Positions 8,373-16,171 of a stretch of 41,282 nt of DNA are shown here, one piece after another. The stretch is from Patescibacteria group bacterium (lineage in GTDB: Bacteria; Patescibacteriota; WWE3; UBA101185; UBA10185): NCBI GenBank assembly GCA_019428825.1, contig JAHYJU010000002.1:1-41282 (forward strand). Direction: 5' to 3'. Every line of letters begins with the position of its first letter. The first letter of the stretch is position 1. The position numbers were made by a program, and so were the translations under genes. Under the pieces are notes generated by a model that did no database searches, was not told the DNA's origin, and saw nothing but the letters and a program-made list of their open reading frames with translations.

Positions 8373-8401
8373 ATTATATGGCTCAATTACATATTCGGCA
8401 A
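8373..8401 (-). promoter_or_regulatory. sigma70-like promoter of the T4SS-like operon (TTGCCG-17 nt-TATAAT), only 8 nt from the ATG
   Basis: The minus strand reads TTGCCG (8401-8396), an exact 17-nt spacer, TATAAT (8378-8373), then TTGTAATA, then ATG (8364). No Shine-Dalgarno sequence fits in the 8-nt gap. Confidence 0.45.
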
Positions 8402-8437
8402 GAGAAAGAACAAAAAACTCTCGAACAGAACATAATA

Positions 8438-11400
8438 TTACTTTAAATTTACATAGTACATAAGGTCTTTTTCTAATATCCCGCTGTTTTTAAAAGCACC
8501 TTCTATGTATTCCAAATTCTGACTTTTTAAACCCACCACAGAACCAAATGGTGGATTAAAAACAAATGAGTAGTTATCACCACTGGTACCAGGCTGTTTT
8601 TGCCAAACCAAAGAATAATAGCTATCTTCCTTTGTTAAAGAAATGTTAACCGAAAGGTCATAAGATAGAACTAGTCTAATACTGCTCTTAGGATCTAGTT
8701 TAAAGTCCTTTTCAAAAGAAGTATACCTCCCAACTTTTGTAACTATTACATCTTCGAATATATCTTGCTCGGTACCGTTTTCAAAAATTATTTTTGCTCC
8801 GGTCAGTTTGGAACCATCTTGTGTTAAAACCCTAACATAATTTGTATAAGGACCGCCGGGCCAAGCGTCATCTTCAGCATTATTTCTATAATCTAAATAA
8901 AGATCCGCTCTGAGTAGACCATCTCTGGTCATAGAACTCAACACATACGACATGTTATTTTCAACATAATAATTAGATTTTGTTCCCCCTAAATTGGAAT
9001 TTACCACGAACAGATAGTCACCATCCGTATTGACTAATCCCCCATCCCACTTTTTTTCTTTTAGAAGAGAGTTTATAGAGTTGTTCGAAAAATATATTTG
9101 CATGTGTCTCTGGTTTAATGATTTACCTAATTCTTCAACCAACAAAGGTGTTTCCTCCTTTCCCAAAGAAAACAATCTTTCTAGTAGTTTTCCTCCAAGT
9201 ATAGTTAAAAAGGATTTTTTATCAGTAGAACCTTCCCTATAATCAAAACCGCTATAATATTGGGCTCTCTCATCAAGGTTATCGGCACTTATGTCTTCAT
9301 TGTAACTTGCAAGAAATATTGGACCTGTTACCCTGAGAAGCCCTTCAACAAAATCTAAGTCTAAAGCCACATAACCATCAATGGTCTCTCCGGTAATTTT
9401 AAAATAAATATCATCAAAAGTTTTTGCCGATTTTGTAAAATCAGGATCCCAATTAGAGTTCCTAAGATATAGAGTATCCTCATCTAAAAATTCCTTAATT
9501 GGCTCGGGTGGTTCTGTTTTTATATTCCTAACGTCAATCTGCCCGTCAGGATTATATATATCGTCTATAGTAAGGTCTTTAATTTTACCTGATTCTATTC
9601 TTATGATTGCATAAGAACCTATAAAACCACCCGTAGGTCTTATCTCATTAGAATTCTGGAACCACACTATATACTTTTTCTCACCTCCCACCCCCAAGGC
9701 CTGTGGAAGTCCCGACATAACAGTAGAAAGTGAATCAACTATATCTTGGGAACTTAGCAAAAAGTCTCTAAATTCATTTAAATTATTCCTATACTTTTCT
9801 GGTACCGCAGTTATTTCAACTCCCAACACATCTGCCTCTGCCATCCTAAGATAATCCCTTGTATTTACTATGCTCTGTTTAGCATCGTCAAATAAAGTTT
9901 CTTCAAGAGTAAGGTTGTTATCAGGGCGTATTGTGTCTAAAACCGACTCCAGCGGTTTAATGGCTGCAGATCCTGTATTCCCGGCTTTTGAAAAGAAAAT
10001 TAAGGAACTTAGTAATTTATCGTAAGAATTAAAATTATCTCCTATACCAAAAAGGTTAAATGCCCATCTTAATTTTCTTAGAGATGAGCGCCCGCTCCTA
10101 AAAGAATTGTAAGCGGATAAAGTATCCCTCTCTAATCTTACCGAATCCATCTGGAACAAGCTGGTTTTAGCATTTTCAAGAGATGTAACTCCCTTTTTAA
10201 TATTAAAATAAGCACTGGCTGAAGGAATCCCTACAAAAACTGCAATTGCCGATAGAAAAATTGCTAATATGGCAAGGCCGTATCCCATATCTGCTTTTAC
10301 CCGATATTTGAATGTGGTTATTTCTTTTTTAAACTCCTTCTTTTTTTCCTTTTTTTCTTTTTTCAAAGACATTTTAAAGAAGGGTTTCCTTTTGACCTCA
10401 GTTCTAACCATACCCCGCTCTTCAGAAAAAATTTCATCAGGAACACTATCCTTAGGCCTAGTCGTTATTTTTACACCTTGTAAAGAAGATATCGTATCTG
10501 GAAGTATTTCCTTACTTTTTATTTTCTGCTCAACAAGTTTTGCAGGTTTAAAAGCGTGAGTATTAGGAGAATAATCAAAAGATTCTAAGGTTCTCATCAC
10601 CCCTTCTTTTAAAGATACTTTGGGTTTCCAACTTATATCCTTAACATTTAGAGTGTCAGGGATACTTAGATCACCTTTAAAATCCGTAAGTCTATTTTTA
10701 AATTGAACCGATAAATTTGCATCTGCAACACTTCTTACCAGATAAGCTGATTCAAGGGCGGATACTGAAGAATCAGGTATTAAAGAGTATATTTTTCCCT
10801 TGGTATTCTCCTCAAATTGGGATTTAATAATTCCGGATATAACATCAGATATATATAGATAATATTCCTTTTCATCTCCATCTCCAAATATTTCTAGAGA
10901 AGAACCATTTATAACATTTTTTATAAACCCTCCTAAAAAACCACTGGAAGATAAATCCATACGGGGGCCATATACCTCCGGGAGTCTAACTATTCTTGCA
11001 TCCATATCGTGTTTTTTGTAGTACTCCCAAACCACAGCTTCCGCAAATCTCTTGGCCTCTATTAGGCTAAATTTATTTTCCTCACCACTACTGGAACCAA
11101 AATACTTATCAATATCTAGCTGGGACATTTTTCCCTGATACACATCAATCGTAGAAGCTAATAAAAATTTCGCGGAAGATTTTTTTGCCAAATCAAGTAG
11201 ATTCTTAGTCCCTAAAGAATTTGTAAATAAAGAATCGAGGCTTAAATAATCCTTACTATAAAAATATTCCTCAAGCCCCGCCAAATGAAAAACATAATCT
11301 ACACTTTGAATTTCCGGAGGGACACTCTCATTAATATCCACATCGTAAAGAGCAAAGTTTTCATTCTGAAGCAAATGTTTTACATGTATTTCCTTACCGG

Positions 11401-11542
11401 TTTTAAAATTATCAAGGACAACCACCCGAGCTTTGTTTTGAAGAAGATATTCAGCTAAATGGGAACCTATGAAACCCGCACCACCCGATATCAAAACGGT
11501 AGGAACTAGAGCAGATTTGGTTATTATTTGTTTCTTTGGCAT
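8438..11542 (-). CDS. fusion protein: NAD-dependent sugar epimerase/dehydratase (SDR, UDP-glucuronate decarboxylase-like) + TM segment + DUF4012 domain
   Basis: 1034 aa. The N-terminus has the Rossmann motif ISGGAGFIGSHLAEYL and an extended-SDR layout. A K/E-rich linker and TM helix (GYGLAILAIFLSAIAVFVGI) follow. The C-terminal ~600 aa contain FQNSNEIRPTGGFIGSYAII, which I recognise as the DUF4012 core motif. Confidence 0.75.
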   Translation of the reverse strand: MPKKQIITKSALVPTVLISGGAGFIGSHLAEYLLQNKARVVVLDNFKTGKEIHVKHLLQNENFALYDVDINESVPPEIQSVDYVFHLAGLEEYFYSKDYLSLDSLFTNSLGTKNLLDLAKKSSAKFLLASTIDVYQGKMSQLDIDKYFGSSSGEENKFSLIEAKRFAEAVVWEYYKKHDMDARIVRLPEVYGPRMDLSSSGFLGGFIKNVINGSSLEIFGDGDEKEYYLYISDVISGIIKSQFEENTKGKIYSLIPDSSVSALESAYLVRSVADANLSVQFKNRLTDFKGDLSIPDTLNVKDISWKPKVSLKEGVMRTLESFDYSPNTHAFKPAKLVEQKIKSKEILPDTISSLQGVKITTRPKDSVPDEIFSEERGMVRTEVKRKPFFKMSLKKEKKEKKKEFKKEITTFKYRVKADMGYGLAILAIFLSAIAVFVGIPSASAYFNIKKGVTSLENAKTSLFQMDSVRLERDTLSAYNSFRSGRSSLRKLRWAFNLFGIGDNFNSYDKLLSSLIFFSKAGNTGSAAIKPLESVLDTIRPDNNLTLEETLFDDAKQSIVNTRDYLRMAEADVLGVEITAVPEKYRNNLNEFRDFLLSSQDIVDSLSTVMSGLPQALGVGGEKKYIVWFQNSNEIRPTGGFIGSYAIIRIESGKIKDLTIDDIYNPDGQIDVRNIKTEPPEPIKEFLDEDTLYLRNSNWDPDFTKSAKTFDDIYFKITGETIDGYVALDLDFVEGLLRVTGPIFLASYNEDISADNLDERAQYYSGFDYREGSTDKKSFLTILGGKLLERLFSLGKEETPLLVEELGKSLNQRHMQIYFSNNSINSLLKEKKWDGGLVNTDGDYLFVVNSNLGGTKSNYYVENNMSYVLSSMTRDGLLRADLYLDYRNNAEDDAWPGGPYTNYVRVLTQDGSKLTGAKIIFENGTEQDIFEDVIVTKVGRYTSFEKDFKLDPKSSIRLVLSYDLSVNISLTKEDSYYSLVWQKQPGTSGDNYSFVFNPPFGSVVGLKSQNLEYIEGAFKNSGILEKDLMYYVNLK

Positions 11543-11652
11543 TTGGGCAGTATATTTTTACTTAAATTATTCTATTTAAGTATACAAAATTTCGTCACTA
11601 TATCCACTAATTTTTGCTCAAAATAACAAATAAACATATAATTGTTGGTATA

Positions 11653-12270
11653 ATGAAAAGGTCCATGGAGTTAAAAGAAATATTTAAAAAGATAAATAGG
11701 TATAGAATAACCCTTATTTTATTTGCAGTTCTAGGGTTGGTGGCCGGTGTAATTTTTTATGTCCTACCAACAAATTACTACTCGTCAGGTTCTTTTTTTG
11801 TAAAAAGGAAAATAGACCCATCAAATGATTTTTTTGCCTACGAGGGATATTATGCACAACAATCGGCTCTATCATATACAAATTCTCTAACAGCGCTGGC
11901 AGAAAGCCCTGATGTTAAAAAAGAACTTTTAGAAAATATGGGAGAAGAAGTAAATAACCAGAACATAAGAAAAATTAACAATGCCGTTAAAGTCAAAAAA
12001 ACAGGCCCGCAAATGATATTGATAACAGTAAAAGGAAAAGATTATGAGATCTCAAGAGATATTTGGAAAAAACTAGCAAATACATTGGTTCAAAAATCAA
12101 CAGAAATAAACAAAAATGGGGATGAAAATTTATCGGTAAGTCTTGTATCACAAGAGCCTTTGGTAAAAGAAGGTTATAAAAATATTTACATATTTACTCT
12201 AGCAGGTATTTTGCTGGCAACTTCTTTAGGAATACTCGTAATATCCGTAAAGGAATATTTCCGAAATTAA
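11653..12270 (+). CDS. Wzz-like polysaccharide chain-length determinant / co-polymerase (short)
   Basis: The track ORF starts at TTG 11614. The first ATG is at 11653 (MKRSMELKE) and another in-frame ATG is at 11665. Topology is a TM helix near each end (ITLILFAVLGLVAGVIFYVL and IYIFTLAGILLATSLGILVISV) with a periplasmic-type middle, typical of Wzz/PCP. An extended -10 TGGTATAAT lies at 11646-11654. Confidence 0.6.
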   Translation: MKRSMELKEIFKKINRYRITLILFAVLGLVAGVIFYVLPTNYYSSGSFFVKRKIDPSNDFFAYEGYYAQQSALSYTNSLTALAESPDVKKELLENMGEEVNNQNIRKINNAVKVKKTGPQMILITVKGKDYEISRDIWKKLANTLVQKSTEINKNGDENLSVSLVSQEPLVKEGYKNIYIFTLAGILLATSLGILVISVKEYFRN

Positions 12271-12275
12271 ACACT

Positions 12276-12674
12276 ATGAAATTTTTTGTACATACTGACG
12301 GAGGTGCAAGAGGAAATCCGGGTCCCGGAGCAGTAGGTGTAGCTGTTAAAAACAAGGAGGGTAAAATCATCAAAGAAGTAGGTAAATTCATAGGCAGATC
12401 AACAAATAATGAAGCAGAGTACAAGGCTGTTATTGAGGGGTTAAAAGCCTGTGATAGTCTGGAAGCAACGGAATTAGAGTTCTACATAGACAGCCTATTG
12501 GTTGCAAGTCAGCTTAGCGGCAAATTCAAGATAAAAGAACCCCGGATGAGAACCTTATTTAATGAAGCTAAAGAATTGGAAAGACTCTATAAAAAAGTTA
12601 CGTACACCCATGTTCCAAGAGAAAAAAACTATCTAGCCGATAGAATAGTAAATGAAGTACTTGATACATTGTAA
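12276..12674 (+). CDS. rnhA: ribonuclease HI family protein
   Basis: 132 aa. HTDGGARGNPGPGAVG...STNNEAEYKAVIEGL...DSLLV...NYLADRIVNE carries the RNase H D-E-D-D layout. Confidence 0.85.
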   Translation: MKFFVHTDGGARGNPGPGAVGVAVKNKEGKIIKEVGKFIGRSTNNEAEYKAVIEGLKACDSLEATELEFYIDSLLVASQLSGKFKIKEPRMRTLFNEAKELERLYKKVTYTHVPREKNYLADRIVNEVLDTL

Positions 12675-12679
12675 TAAAA

Positions 12680-13552
12680 ATGAGTAACAAAAAATCTAAT
12701 CTTTGCAGTTTAGCGATATTAAAAACACTTTCGTATAGTGCAGCCTTTGGCTACCCTTTAACTTTTTACCAAATAACCAACAATCTTATAACAAAAAATA
12801 ATTTCACAGCCAAAAAGGTCAAAAAAGAATTAAATAGATTAGTAGATTCAAGGGTAGTAAGGAAAACAAAAGGAAGGTACATATTAAGAGGAGTTCGGGG
12901 GTACGATGTTGATAAAAGGAAAAAGATAACTGAGAAAATAATTAAAAAAAATGAAGAAACCATAAAAATTCTAACAAGAGTTCCATGGATAAAAATGATA
13001 GCTATAACAGGTTCCATAGCCAATCAAAACGCCGTAGAAGGTGCCGACATAGATCTTCTTTTCATAACTGAAAAAAATAGGTTATGGATTACGAGAGGTT
13101 TTGTATTTTTAATATTGAAAACTCTTGGAAAATTGCCTGCCGATAGAGACAAACGGGATATATGCCCAAATATTTTTATAGATGAGAGAAAACTTTCTTG
13201 GGCTAAAAAGAAAAGAAACCTGTACGTTGCTCAAAACATTATTTCTATGAAACCCTTAATCTGGAGAGACAATGTGTATTTTGATTTTATGAGAGCTAAC
13301 AAATGGATACACAATTACTATAAGAATTTTAAAATAAATTATCCTGCGAAAGGAAAAAAGAAGAGTTGCCATAGAAATAGGTTTATGGAAATGGTTGAGT
13401 CGGGAGCCGGAAAAATAGAAATATCATACATGAAAAAAGGTGTTACTACAGAAATTGCAAACGATAAGCTTATTCATTTTAATAAAAACGACAGTAGTAA
13501 AAAAATCTTATCGGAGTACAAAAAAATCCTCAAAAAAGCTAAAAATTCTTGA
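12680..13552 (+). CDS. hypothetical protein with a Pol-beta-superfamily nucleotidyltransferase-like motif
   Basis: 290 aa. The N-terminus may be a wHTH. ITGSIANQNAVEGADIDLLFI matches the G[GS]-x(9-13)-D-x-D signature of minimal nucleotidyltransferases. Confidence 0.45.
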   Translation: MSNKKSNLCSLAILKTLSYSAAFGYPLTFYQITNNLITKNNFTAKKVKKELNRLVDSRVVRKTKGRYILRGVRGYDVDKRKKITEKIIKKNEETIKILTRVPWIKMIAITGSIANQNAVEGADIDLLFITEKNRLWITRGFVFLILKTLGKLPADRDKRDICPNIFIDERKLSWAKKKRNLYVAQNIISMKPLIWRDNVYFDFMRANKWIHNYYKNFKINYPAKGKKKSCHRNRFMEMVESGAGKIEISYMKKGVTTEIANDKLIHFNKNDSSKKILSEYKKILKKAKNS

Positions 13553-13582
13553 CAATTGGCACTCCCATTGATAGACTGATAA
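13549..13582 (+). promoter_or_regulatory. hsp20 promoter (TTGACA-17-TAGACT) overlapped by a CIRCE-like inverted repeat
   Basis: TTGACA lies at 13549-13554 and TAGACT at 13572-13577. TTGGCACTC (13556-13564), N9, GACTGATAA (13574-13582) matches the CIRCE consensus TTAGCACTC-N9-GAGTGCTAA at 15 of 18 positions. Confidence 0.4.
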
Positions 13583-13622
13583 TATAATAGGGTATCAATT
13601 TTGTTGAAAGGGGGCGATAAAT

Positions 13623-14045
13623 ATGGCAATCGTTAAATGGAACAGATGGGGAATGCCTACCGTTTTTGACGACGAGAATTGGCTATCCCAGTGGTTTGAT
13701 TCAGGAACTCCTTCTTCAGGACTTGATATATACGAGACAGATGATTCTGTGGTGGTAGAAGCGCAAGTTCCGGGTATAAAAGAAGAAAATATTGAGGTTA
13801 ACATTGAGGGTAATGTTTTAACTATTAATGCTTCTCAGGAAGAAACGGAAGAACAAAAAAGCAAGAAGAAAACCATATATAAATCTACCCGACAAACTTC
13901 CTTCAATTACTCAACTAATCTACCTAGGATAGTAGATTCAACTGAAGCTCAGGCTGAAATTGAAGAAGGTGTAATAAAAATAACAATTCCAAAGTCAGAA
14001 AAGGATAAACCGAAGAAGATAGAGGTTAAGAAGAAAAGCAAGTAA
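13623..14045 (+). CDS. Hsp20/alpha-crystallin family small heat-shock protein
   Basis: 140 aa. LDIYETDDSVVVEAQVPGIKEENIEVNIEGNVLTINAS...GVIKITIPK is the alpha-crystallin domain pattern. Confidence 0.9.
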   Translation: MAIVKWNRWGMPTVFDDENWLSQWFDSGTPSSGLDIYETDDSVVVEAQVPGIKEENIEVNIEGNVLTINASQEETEEQKSKKKTIYKSTRQTSFNYSTNLPRIVDSTEAQAEIEEGVIKITIPKSEKDKPKKIEVKKKSK

Positions 14046-14100
14046 TCTCTTAACAACAATACAGCTAGTTGAGTAAGAAAAATTTGTTAAGAAATAGGAA

Positions 14101-14125
14101 GGGGCCCCGCCTTTGGCGGGGCCCC
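14101..14125. terminator. bidirectional GC-rich hairpin terminator between hsp20 and groEL
   Basis: GGGGCCCCGCC (14101-14111), TTT, GGCGGGGCCCC (14115-14125) form a perfect 11-bp stem. It sits between two convergent stop codons in otherwise AT-rich DNA. Confidence 0.7.
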
Positions 14126-14149
14126 TCTAATATTCACCTAAACCCAAGA

Positions 14150-15775
14150 TTAATACTCAGGCATTTGCATCTGAGGTGTTTCTTCCTTCTTAGGAAGCTC
14201 AGTTACAAGACATTCTGTTGTAATAATCATGGTAGCTGCTGATACAGCGTTCTGAAGTGCACTTCTGGTTACCTTAGCAGGATCTATTATTCCGGATTCC
14301 ACCATATCCACATAATCCATCTTTAAAACATCATAACCGATGTTTTTATTCTTCTCTTCTTCAACTTTTCTTTCTATCTCGGCCAAAACTTTACCGTCAT
14401 CCATTCCCGTATTTTTAATAAGTAGCCTTATAGGTTGTTCCAGTGCTTTCTCAAGAATACTGATAGCAACTTTTTCATCACCCTCAAGCTTCAAATCCTT
14501 TAAAGCATCTCTTGCCCTTATGAAAGCTATACCGCCTCCGGGAACTATCCCTTCTTCGACGGCAGCTTTTGTAGCATTTACTGCATCTTCAACCCTAAGC
14601 TTTAATTCTTTTAACTCAGCTTCTGTTGCAGCCCCAACTTTTACAACGGCAACACCACCGCTAAGTTTTGCGAGTCTTTCCTGAAGTTTTTCCTTTTCAT
14701 ATGTAGACGTTTCTTTTTCAATTTGAGAACCTATCATTTTCACTCTGTCTTTTATCTCTTTTTCAAATCCTTTACCCCCAACTATCGTGGTGCTCTCTTT
14801 TCCTGAGATAACTCTATCTGCTCTACCTAAATCCTCAACTGTAACCCCGCTTATTTTCTTCCCCGTATCTTCGCTGATAAAAGAAGCTCCCGTAAGTATT
14901 GCGATATCTTCCAGAAGAGCTTTTCTGTTATCTCCAAAACCCGGAGCTTTGATGGCGAGAATGTTCAAAACACCCCTAAGCTTATTTACCACCAAAGTTG
15001 CCAAAGCTTCACCGTCAACATCATCGCTTATGATAACCATATCTTTTGAAACTTTCATAAGATTTTCCAATAAAGGGAGCATGTCCTGCATATTGGAAAT
15101 TTTTGTATCGGTGACAAGGATATATGGGTTTTCTATAACAGATTCCATTTTCTCAGCATTGGTAACAAAATAAGGAGAAAGGTATCCTTTTTCAAACTGC
15201 ATCCCTTCTTTATATTCAAGTTCAATATTAAATCCCTTGGACTCATCAACCGTAATAACACCTTCTTCTCCTACTTTTTCCATGGCTTCTGCAATTATTT
15301 CTCCGACTTGATTATTTTGTGCTGATATAGTTGCTACTTGGATCTTCTCCTCTTTACTTGATATTTTTTTGGAAATTTTTGATATTTCCTCTACAACTGC
15401 TTGTGAGGCTTTTTCCAAACCTCTTCTCAGTACCATTGGGTTTGTACCTGCCGAAATATTTTTTAAACCTTCGTTAACAACTGCTCTGGCTAAAACCACA
15501 GCCGTTGTAGTTCCATCTCCCGCTACATCATTGGTTTTGGAGGCGGCTTCTTTTACTATCTGTGCCCCCATATTTTCAAACTTGTCCTCAAGGTCTATCT
15601 CTTTTGCAACAGTTACCCCGTCATTAACAACCTGAGGTGTTCCCCAGCTTTTATCCAGGGCAACATTACCTCCTTTAGGACCTAGGGTAGTTGCAACTGC
15701 CTTAGCAAGTTTTTCAACACCCTTTTTTAATTTTTCTCTTGCTTGCTCTCCATATATAATATCTTTTGCGCTCAT
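14150..15775 (-). CDS. groEL: chaperonin GroEL (Cpn60)
   Basis: 541 aa. [36 protein letters not shown]...[12 protein letters not shown] are canonical GroEL motifs. Confidence 0.98.
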   Translation of the reverse strand: MSAKDIIYGEQAREKLKKGVEKLAKAVATTLGPKGGNVALDKSWGTPQVVNDGVTVAKEIDLEDKFENMGAQIVKEAASKTNDVAGDGTTTAVVLARAVVNEGLKNISAGTNPMVLRRGLEKASQAVVEEISKISKKISSKEEKIQVATISAQNNQVGEIIAEAMEKVGEEGVITVDESKGFNIELEYKEGMQFEKGYLSPYFVTNAEKMESVIENPYILVTDTKISNMQDMLPLLENLMKVSKDMVIISDDVDGEALATLVVNKLRGVLNILAIKAPGFGDNRKALLEDIAILTGASFISEDTGKKISGVTVEDLGRADRVISGKESTTIVGGKGFEKEIKDRVKMIGSQIEKETSTYEKEKLQERLAKLSGGVAVVKVGAATEAELKELKLRVEDAVNATKAAVEEGIVPGGGIAFIRARDALKDLKLEGDEKVAISILEKALEQPIRLLIKNTGMDDGKVLAEIERKVEEEKNKNIGYDVLKMDYVDMVESGIIDPAKVTRSALQNAVSAATMIITTECLVTELPKKEETPQMQMPEY

Positions 15776-15793
15776 ATTTATTCCTCCTTTAAA

Positions 15794-16096
15794 TTAACTT
15801 TCAATTACAGCTAAAATATCTTCCTCTCTTACAAGAAGGAGTTCTTTTCCTTCTATTTTTATTTCTGTTCCACCCCATTTTTTGTACATAACAATGGAGC
15901 CCTCTTTAACACCAAGAGGAACAATGTCCCCCTTCTCGTCTCTTTTACCCGGACCTGCTGCAATTATTTTACCTTCTTGAGGTTTTTCCTTTGCAGTATC
16001 AGGAATAACTATTCCTGAAGGCAATTTTGTCTCTCTTTCGAGAGGCTCTATTAATAAATAATCGGACAATGGTTTTATATTTTTTATATTTGTCAT
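15794..16096 (-). CDS. groES: co-chaperonin GroES (Cpn10)
   Basis: 100 aa, with IKPLSDYLLIEPLERETKLPSGIVIPDTAKEKPQEGKIIAAGPG. It lies 18 nt upstream of groEL. Confidence 0.97.
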   Translation of the reverse strand: MTNIKNIKPLSDYLLIEPLERETKLPSGIVIPDTAKEKPQEGKIIAAGPGKRDEKGDIVPLGVKEGSIVMYKKWGGTEIKIEGKELLLVREEDILAVIES

Positions 16097-16171
16097 AATA
16101 ATTAACCTCCAATTTTTAAACTACTCGGAAATATATATACCACTTTAACACGTAAAATTTCAACTAGGGAA

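Noticed and set aside
14340-15635. Three 88-128-aa plus-strand ORFs inside groEL (14340-14684, 14787-15173, 15369-15635)
   Set aside because: They are antisense to an unambiguous groEL gene. Their S/A/T/F-rich composition is the expected mirror of GroEL codons.
16097-16171. Expected CIRCE/HrcA operator upstream of groES
   Set aside because: I read both strands and found no match better than about 9/18 to TTAGCACTC-N9-GAGTGCTAA. Only a plausible TTGAAA-18-TATATA promoter is present.
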